Shown here piece after piece: positions 57,018-63,317 of a DNA stretch of 63,317 bases. A program made the translations under genes and the position numbers. Source of the stretch: an uncultured Candidatus Saccharibacteria bacterium (GTDB lineage Bacteria > Patescibacteriota > Saccharimonadia > Saccharimonadales > Saccharimonadaceae); assembly GCA_963456355.1 (NCBI GenBank), contig CAUOLK010000001.1, positions 1 to 63,317 of the forward strand, given 5' to 3'. Below the pieces are notes generated by a model that ran no database searches, was not told where the DNA came from, and was given only the letters and a program-made list of their open reading frames with translations. Position 1 is the first letter of the stretch. The number at the start of each line of letters is the position of its first letter.

Positions 57018-58262
57018 TTAGTCAATAAGCAGATCAAAGTATTTCGTGCTACCGAAAGGTACTTTCCGGCGGACATGATTGACGCCGAGGCTGGAGTGAG
57101 CTGAGTGAATTGTAGCTAGTCCGTAGGTCTGATTGATCTGGTCGATCGCCTTGATTAGATTAGCGGAACGAGTAGTCTGACTGAGCAGGCTGAGCTGGTC
57201 TTGGTTGGTCGACCGGAAATTATAAACATATATCCCTAGCCGGCAAATGCGACCGGCGGGGCGAGCTTGGAATAGCGGTTCAGCTAGCTGCCAGATGGCT
57301 TGGTCGGAGTCAAAAGGGCCGGGTGATAGAACTTTGCGCTGATAATGCCCACCTGCTTGCAGGCGCAACCGGACGCAAACGCCACGAGCTTTGATCCGGC
57401 GGTAGCGGAGCTTTAGTCCGACATTTTCGGCTAGACAATGCAGGCAGGAGCTCAGGTAATCTTCGTCGTCACTACCATGGTCAACCACCCACTGCCGACC
57501 GATCATGCTCAGCCCGGTTGGCTGATCGTCAACTTCGTATCCCCTCAGTCGCTGATACCAATAAGTGCCGGTGATACCATGAAAAACCTGCCGGCGCAGA
57601 GTCGCCTCACTTGCTTCCAGGAATTGCACCGGTGTATTGATGCCGGCTCGGCGCAAGCGACGCCCCAGGCGCTCGGCGATACCGGTCAGGTCTTCCAGCC
57701 GGAGTTGACTATATACTTGGACTAGATTGTCGGCGGTGATCATATCCAGTCCGTCGGGCTTGCGCAGACCGGCGGCCAGCTTAGCCAGGAAGCGATTGCT
57801 GCCTAGTCCAACATTGATAGTCAAGTACTCGCCGATTTCATGTCTGACCCGGTCTTTTAGCTCTTGTCCCAGCCGGATTAATTTAGCCGGTGTGTCGTAG
57901 CTGGTCGACTTTAGGTCGATATACCCCTCGTCGATCGACTTCATGTCGCAGTCGGGCGAATAGCTGTACATGATCCGGAATAGACGTCGGTAAACGGCGC
58001 TGTATTTAGCGGGGTGAGACTCGACCAGGATCAGTCCAGGACATTGGCGCAGAGCCTCTATACGTCTCATGCCGGTATGAACACCCCGTGCCTTAGCCTC
58101 GTAGCTGGCAGTAATAATGCAACTATTAGGGCTGGTCCGATTGGTGACCCCGACCGGTCGGTGGCGCAGGCCGGGATAAGCTTGTTGCTCGGTGGTGGCA
58201 AAGGCGCTATTGAGATCCAGCCACATGATCTGTGGCAGGGCAGGGTTAATCTGAAAGTTCAT
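57018..58262 (-). CDS. dinB: Y-family DNA polymerase (DinB/UmuC-like)
   Basis: WLDLNSAFATTEQ, ASYEAK.RGV.TGM, SIDE, LAKLAA...KPDG and C-terminal QLSL clamp motif. Confidence 0.9.
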   Translation of the reverse strand: MNFQINPALPQIMWLDLNSAFATTEQQAYPGLRHRPVGVTNRTSPNSCIITASYEAKARGVHTGMRRIEALRQCPGLILVESHPAKYSAVYRRLFRIMYSYSPDCDMKSIDEGYIDLKSTSYDTPAKLIRLGQELKDRVRHEIGEYLTINVGLGSNRFLAKLAAGLRKPDGLDMITADNLVQVYSQLRLEDLTGIAERLGRRLRRAGINTPVQFLEASEATLRRQVFHGITGTYWYQRLRGYEVDDQPTGLSMIGRQWVVDHGSDDEDYLSSCLHCLAENVGLKLRYRRIKARGVCVRLRLQAGGHYQRKVLSPGPFDSDQAIWQLAEPLFQARPAGRICRLGIYVYNFRSTNQDQLSLLSQTTRSANLIKAIDQINQTYGLATIHSAHSSLGVNHVRRKVPFGSTKYFDLLID

Positions 58263-58531
58263 AAGTTTGCCCCATCGATCAATGACAGTAGAGTCCAGCG
58301 CAGGGTCGTCGTATCAAACTCCAGGGAGTAGTCATTAGTGCCGTCGCTGACGTCAAAGATGTAGCATAGTCTGGTGCCGTGTCGGACGGGGTAGCATAGC
58401 CCCAGTTTAGTTAGGCTGATATCGACGCCATGATGACGCATCTTGACGGGCATAACTCCGGTGGTGCGAGCTGAGCGACTAAAAGAAACGATGACATCGA
58501 CCGGCTGATTGATTGATACGATTGGATTCAT
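58259..58531 (-). CDS. Small beta-rich protein (DUF6504-like) coupled to dinB
   Basis: AGGAG RBS and ATG at 58531. P.KMR..G...YIFDVSDG...YSLEFDT..L.W.L pattern. 4-nt overlap with the dinB start. Confidence 0.65.
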   Translation of the reverse strand: MNPIVSINQPVDVIVSFSRSARTTGVMPVKMRHHGVDISLTKLGLCYPVRHGTRLCYIFDVSDGTNDYSLEFDTTTLRWTLLSLIDGANL

Positions 58532-58626
58532 AAAACTCCTAAGAAAACTAAGACGGCTAGCTCGGGGTATCCAAAGGTCTAGAGCATCCGTCATTAACTC
58601 ATACCATCTCAGGATAGTTTTATGAA
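58527..58626 (-). promoter_or_regulatory. Structured 5' leader sequestering the RBS and AUG of the dinB operon
   Basis: UUCAUAAAACU-AU-CCUGAGA pairs with UCUUAGG-AGUUUUAUGAA. Inner stems GACGG/CCGUC and GCUC/GAGC. Confidence 0.6.
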
Positions 58627-58687
58627 ACCGCACAGTGACCGAGGTGTGATTGGTTATAATCATTATAGCACTTGTTATAATCTGGGT

Positions 58688-59836
58688 ATGAAGCGACGAC
58701 GGGCGACCCGGAGTGTCATACAGTATGTCGAGCAGTACGGCAGCTGTAATTTCTGGCGACTACCATTTAACGAGGTGGACAGCCTGATCTTGTCGACACT
58801 CTGCTATGCTGACCTGGCGGTCTCACCTTTCGGCAAGATCAGAAACTTTAATTGCACCCTGTCTGAGCTTGACCGGCTGGTCGAGACTGAGCGACTGGGC
58901 AGATTGATGTGGAATCGAGTCCGGGGAGCGGAGCTGCTGAGAGTCTGTGCCGGGAGCAGCCGCTTCGGCGAGGTCTTATTGCATCATTATCGTCATCAGG
59001 TTGATAGCGTGCTCGAGGAGCAGTTTGGGGCAGTTACCTTCTCAATCAATACCGATCGGGGTTATCTTGACTACCTAGCTTTTCAGGGGACTGACGATAG
59101 TTTGGCGGGCTGGAAGGAAGATCTAAATATGACCTTTCAGTGTCATCTACCGGCTCAGCAAGAGGTGCTCTGCTACTTGCAGATGATAGCCGGATTATCA
59201 CAGAATTGGTTAATGCTAGGCGGTCACAGCAAGGGAGGCAACTTGGCTGTCTACGCCGGATTGATGGCTGACCGGGCTGCTAGAGATCGTATCGTAGCGG
59301 TCTACAATCATGATGGACCGGGCTTCTTGGCGGAGACATTTAGCCCGGCGCAGTGGCGTAATCTAAAAGGTCGAATCCATAGTACTGTGCCCGAGGGAGC
59401 GTTGGTCGGGTTACTGCTGGATGAGCAGGCGGGCGATGGCCGGGTGGTACAGAGCGATGCTCGACTGATCAATCAGCACGACTCATTGTCGTGGCGGGTT
59501 GACGGAACTAGGCTGGCAACGGTCGGTCACGTCAGTCGATCGTCTCGGTATGTCAATCGAACCATTCGGCGCTGGCTTGGTGAATTAACTCTGGAGCAAA
59601 GGAAGGCTTTTGTCGATGCGCTATATCGGATGCTCATCCGGGCGAACTGCCGCACCACTGATGATCTGCGTCGGTATCTAGCTAAGCATTGGCACCGGGT
59701 GCTCCACGATATCCGAACGAGTGATCCGGAGGCGAGAAGGGTGATCATCAGGACGTTTAAGCTACTGGCCGGCTCCTCGGGACGAGAGTTGCTTGCATCG
59801 ATGGTCCGCTGGTTCCGTCGATTGCTAGGTAAGTAA
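58688..59836 (+). CDS. DUF2974 (Mbeg1-like) alpha/beta hydrolase
   Basis: PFNEVDSLIL, AFQGTDDSLAGWKED, GGHSKGGNLA, HDGPGF and QHD..SW. Confidence 0.9.
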   Translation: MKRRRATRSVIQYVEQYGSCNFWRLPFNEVDSLILSTLCYADLAVSPFGKIRNFNCTLSELDRLVETERLGRLMWNRVRGAELLRVCAGSSRFGEVLLHHYRHQVDSVLEEQFGAVTFSINTDRGYLDYLAFQGTDDSLAGWKEDLNMTFQCHLPAQQEVLCYLQMIAGLSQNWLMLGGHSKGGNLAVYAGLMADRAARDRIVAVYNHDGPGFLAETFSPAQWRNLKGRIHSTVPEGALVGLLLDEQAGDGRVVQSDARLINQHDSLSWRVDGTRLATVGHVSRSSRYVNRTIRRWLGELTLEQRKAFVDALYRMLIRANCRTTDDLRRYLAKHWHRVLHDIRTSDPEARRVIIRTFKLLAGSSGRELLASMVRWFRRLLGK

Positions 59837-59895
59837 TGAGCGATTTAGCTAGCCGGTGTGTTACAATCATACTATTAGGTATTTAGGAGATAAAA

Positions 59896-61530
59896 ATGAG
59901 ACATAATCAGGTAACATTATCTGCGACGCCCCGTGAGTCGGTAGACGAGCCCCAGCTTGTCTCTCGCCAAGAGCGTAGCCGTAGTATCGACGATCGGGGG
60001 AAATATCAGGCAATCAAATACCTGGAGGAGGTCGGGCTATTTACACCGCTTAGCTCGCTTGAGCTGTATCACGGTCGTAGTAATGCTAATGGAGATAACT
60101 GGAAGGTCTCGCCGGGTTTTCGTAATGATGGTGACACCACTAGTCATGATAATGTTAATAAAGTCTCAGCTCTGGCGACAGATACCGCTGAGAATGCTCG
60201 GAGCTTTGCTGACGAGCGGAGTCGTCTGGAGGGCGGTCAGCCCGAAGTTCATCGGATTATTTCAGAAGACGCTGATGCCAACATCATTGACGGTAGTTTC
60301 AGCCAGGTTGGTCGCTCTGCCGAGGAGAAAGAGCAGATCAAGCAGGCTCTCACCAAGCTGAGAGTCCCCTTTATGGTCGGCGCCCCACTTGATTTTGAGC
60401 ATCGAGATATCTTGACTCGTTTTCACCCACAAGACTTCCTGGGTGCCGGCGGTCGTCTGCCTAAACTGTCTGACCTACCGGAAATTACCGAGAGGCTGGG
60501 GATTGACTATATGACGGTGCGGCACATTACCGGGGCGATGTGCACTCAGAAGTTGATGACCGTTGACCCGGTGCAAATTGTCAATGGCTACCTAAAGAAG
60601 CAAGATGCCTACCGGGATACTTATCCGATCAATCAGACCTACGTGGCGAGCTGGTTGAGGAATGCCCATGTCGTCGGAGTGAGGGAGAGGGTTCGGTCGG
60701 CGACCATACTGAAGGATATTGAGCCGGTCTTTCTGTTTGATCTGGCCAAAGTTGATACCGAGGCGGAGGTATCTCACAGGCGTCAAACTGCCGCACGAGA
60801 GTTTGGCGATATTGCTATTCGTCTGGCTGACGGTCTGGAGACTGAGGCGAAGACCGGGGGTTCGTTTGTCGACTACTTATCTAATAACCTCTACGCCACT
60901 CCCGAGCAGCTGGTGGATAAAGCTATGGAAGTCCCGGGCTACCGGAGGATATACGAGGCTGATGCCGGTAACTGGGAGAAATTTACTCTGGAAGAGCATA
61001 CCGAGACGGTACTGCGTAACTTTGATAATAATTACGCCGATAAGTTGCCGGCGGATCTATTGCCGATTATTCGACTTGCCTTACTGACACACGATCTGGG
61101 TAAGCCTGAGTCAGCCAGGAGGGGCGATAAGCGCAACCAACACATCTATAACGTTCGTGAGGCGGATCAGTTTATGCGGAAGGTTGATATCAAAGAAAAT
61201 ATGCGCCGGCTGATCACCGGAATTATCGGCGAAGGGCAACACCTGACCACTCGTGGCTTTATTAAGGGCGATCTGGATGCTCGGGCTGAGTTGCTATCGT
61301 TCTGTCATAACTTGCTGACTGACTCAGGCGTGGATAACGTCACCGAGAACGATGCTAAGGCGCTGGCCGATGTCTGCTTGATCATCCAGACTTGCGACTC
61401 GGCGGCCTACACTGATATGGCGATCACGACCAGCAAGAAGCACGGTGCTTATCGCAACTGGCCAACCTTTAATGACTCCTTTTATCCGCCGGTCAGCATC
61501 ACCAAGCAAGACGCCCGGCTGAAAATATGA
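59896..61530 (+). CDS. Protein with an N-terminal ADP-ribosyltransferase-like domain and a C-terminal HD domain
   Basis: AGGAG RBS. ELYHGR...ALAT..AENARSFA...EVHRI is ART-like. FTLEEHTETVL...ALLTHDLGKP...H...D is an HD domain. Confidence 0.6.
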   Translation: MRHNQVTLSATPRESVDEPQLVSRQERSRSIDDRGKYQAIKYLEEVGLFTPLSSLELYHGRSNANGDNWKVSPGFRNDGDTTSHDNVNKVSALATDTAENARSFADERSRLEGGQPEVHRIISEDADANIIDGSFSQVGRSAEEKEQIKQALTKLRVPFMVGAPLDFEHRDILTRFHPQDFLGAGGRLPKLSDLPEITERLGIDYMTVRHITGAMCTQKLMTVDPVQIVNGYLKKQDAYRDTYPINQTYVASWLRNAHVVGVRERVRSATILKDIEPVFLFDLAKVDTEAEVSHRRQTAAREFGDIAIRLADGLETEAKTGGSFVDYLSNNLYATPEQLVDKAMEVPGYRRIYEADAGNWEKFTLEEHTETVLRNFDNNYADKLPADLLPIIRLALLTHDLGKPESARRGDKRNQHIYNVREADQFMRKVDIKENMRRLITGIIGEGQHLTTRGFIKGDLDARAELLSFCHNLLTDSGVDNVTENDAKALADVCLIIQTCDSAAYTDMAITTSKKHGAYRNWPTFNDSFYPPVSITKQDARLKI

Positions 61531-61710
61531 GGAGTAGGGGGTCAGAAAGCTGTGCCCATTCTAGACGAACTACTCGTGCGATTCTGAATAGTCTTGTCAC
61601 GTGCCCGCTCTTTCCACCACGAATAAAAAGAGGATAAGTGTTGGTTTGCATGCGCCAATTTTAGCGGCTATGTCCGGCTTGCTTGAGCACACGATAATAT
61701 TGCTTTAGTT

Positions 61711-63315
61711 TTATGATTCGGCTGAACTGATCTTTGTTTTTCCTAGGAAATATTGTTCAATGAAGTTCCAGCGATCTTCGTCGCTTGTTAGCTCAGTAAA
61801 GAATTTTTCCATAAGACGGCACGATTCTTTGTGTTTATAGTCAACCAGACTAACAGTTTTACTTTTATATGATTTATTGTGCACTATTTTTTCAATAGCA
61901 CTAGGGCTATTTATGCGTATGAAGAATTCTGGATTATTACCGGCAGATATTTTTACGTCTGCAAGCTCCAGTATTTCTAAAAGCTGCGCCAATAAAAGAT
62001 CTAGATTGTCCTTCAAGTCAGCACCTGTAAATCGTACAGTTTGTGTTGATTCTGACGACAGAGATCTATAGGCATAGCCGATAATTCGTTTTATTCGTGT
62101 TTCATACGTCGTATTTTGGATATTCCATTTATCAGTCTGGCTATTATATGTTGCAAATGGGCTTTGGTTAAAACTATTAATAGGCACGCGGTTTAGTATG
62201 TGAATGATTGATTGTGCCAACATGTCGGCTATGTAGGGCTTTTTAATGGTAGTTTTTTCACGAATATGTTTCGCTAAGTCTTTGACGGCAAAATGCTTAT
62301 TGTTCTGACGAAGGTCGCCAAAAATACTTTGTAAGTCATTCAGAGTAGTGGCTAATCTATTGTTTATTTCACTAAATTTGACGCCGCCTCCGTCGATTTG
62401 AATAATTGATCTTGCAATCAGCTTTTTGCCAACCTTGAAATCCTTGTCTAAATCATTAGAAAAGAAATTATGCTTGAAACTGGCAAACGACATATCTTTA
62501 TACTTACTCTCCCACAGCTTCTTAAAATCGAGCACAAAAGTATCACCGGGTGAATGTGTGGTCGTTAGTAATCCATCACTTATAGTTTCTATCTTGCGAG
62601 GTAAATCAAGTTTCTTAAAGAACTGCCATGCTCCAAACTGCCTTAGTGTGTCTATCATTTCATCATTGACCATGAAATAGCCGTTAGCGAACATGCTCCT
62701 TGGTTTGAATATTAGCGGTATGTAGTTAGATCGGCTCTGCATCTCAAAATCTTTTTTAATGATAAGCAAGGCAGTTTTTAATTTTGCGTCAATTCCATGC
62801 GGTGGCACGTCGTTAAAGATATATGAGAATTCCATAGGAGATACAAGGAGATTACGCTTATTCTTGCGGCGGTAGATATCAAAAATCTTTTCTAAAACAG
62901 CTATAATCTGCCAGTGCTTAATGCTGGACATGCCATATAGCTGATTTATATAGCGAAAATCTTCTTTATAGAAATCTGTTGCCGCTACGCCGGTCATACC
63001 ATTTTTGCGAGCGGCACGTCCGATCTCCTGTACATAGTCAGCAATGTTACCGGTTGGGGCAAAATGGTACACATTTTTAATGTCATCAATATCAATCCCC
63101 ATACCAAATGCTTTTGTTGCTAGAACCACATTTTCTTCACCGGTTTTTATCTTTTCCAAAGTTTCATTTTTTTCGCCTGCCGGCATTCCACCATAATATT
63201 TACCAACTTTGGTTTTATCGTCCATTTTTGCCATAAGATCAGCAATATGGCTGGTATATGGCACATAGACAAGAGTTTTATCTTTTGTTTTTTGTAATTT
63301 GTTTATTTCTTTGGC
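61711..63315 (-). CDS. RecQ-like SF2 helicase with a long C-terminal extension; 5'-partial
   Basis: Frame is open to the window end. VLATKAFGMGID and YVQEIGRAAR motifs; AT-rich. Confidence 0.85.
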   Translation of the reverse strand, partial: AKEINKLQKTKDKTLVYVPYTSHIADLMAKMDDKTKVGKYYGGMPAGEKNETLEKIKTGEENVVLATKAFGMGIDIDDIKNVYHFAPTGNIADYVQEIGRAARKNGMTGVAATDFYKEDFRYINQLYGMSSIKHWQIIAVLEKIFDIYRRKNKRNLLVSPMEFSYIFNDVPPHGIDAKLKTALLIIKKDFEMQSRSNYIPLIFKPRSMFANGYFMVNDEMIDTLRQFGAWQFFKKLDLPRKIETISDGLLTTTHSPGDTFVLDFKKLWESKYKDMSFASFKHNFFSNDLDKDFKVGKKLIARSIIQIDGGGVKFSEINNRLATTLNDLQSIFGDLRQNNKHFAVKDLAKHIREKTTIKKPYIADMLAQSIIHILNRVPINSFNQSPFATYNSQTDKWNIQNTTYETRIKRIIGYAYRSLSSESTQTVRFTGADLKDNLDLLLAQLLEILELADVKISAGNNPEFFIRINSPSAIEKIVHNKSYKSKTVSLVDYKHKESCRLMEKFFTELTSDEDRWNFIEQYFLGKTKISSAES

Positions 63316-63317
63316 GG

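Noticed and set aside
61600..61620. CCCGCTCTTTCCACCA as a tRNA/tmRNA 3' att remnant at the island edge
   Set aside because: There is no T-arm (GGTTC) upstream and the match is too short to support.
291..62680. Numerous short ORFs in the track that overlap larger genes (e.g. 5695-6303, 47296-47754, 51643-52074)
   Set aside because: Shadow ORFs antisense or out of frame to well-supported genes or tRNAs, with no recognisable motifs.

Overview
A 63.3-kb bacterial chromosomal window, most consistent with a small-genome Patescibacteria/Saccharibacteria (TM7-like) organism. That assignment is an inference from the compact gene order and divergent housekeeping proteins; no rRNA is present to confirm it. 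Core genes are an rnhB-yraN fusion, pepN, nusA, clpC-radA behind a perfect CIRCE operator, a PIN/TRAM gene, a class A PBP, tyrS, recG, rsmD, two ABC exporters, two tRNA-Leu genes, rpsP-khpA-trmD, uppP and a dinB-like polymerase. Four accessory regions stand out. (i) A 1705-aa repeat-containing protein with an ART-like segment and a C-terminal Pol-beta-superfamily nucleotidyltransferase (class I CCA/OAS/CD-NTase-like) sits between radA and the PIN/TRAM gene and is followed by a highly base-paired ~280-nt non-coding element. (ii) A type I R-M locus carries AT-rich cargo: a RhuM remnant, a KAP NTPase, a DUF6161-like membrane protein, a Cas2/SinR-like gene plus a frameshifted DUF2188 gene with a putative antisense RNA, and RloA/RloB. 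(iii) An ART-like + HD protein. (iv) An AT-rich RecQ-like helicase that runs off the right end. Many genes appear leaderless, with a -10 box 6 nt before the ATG. Several intact ORFs look like pseudoenzymes. No CRISPR array, transposase, integrase or reverse transcriptase was seen. All family calls are from motif recognition by eye; no searches were run.
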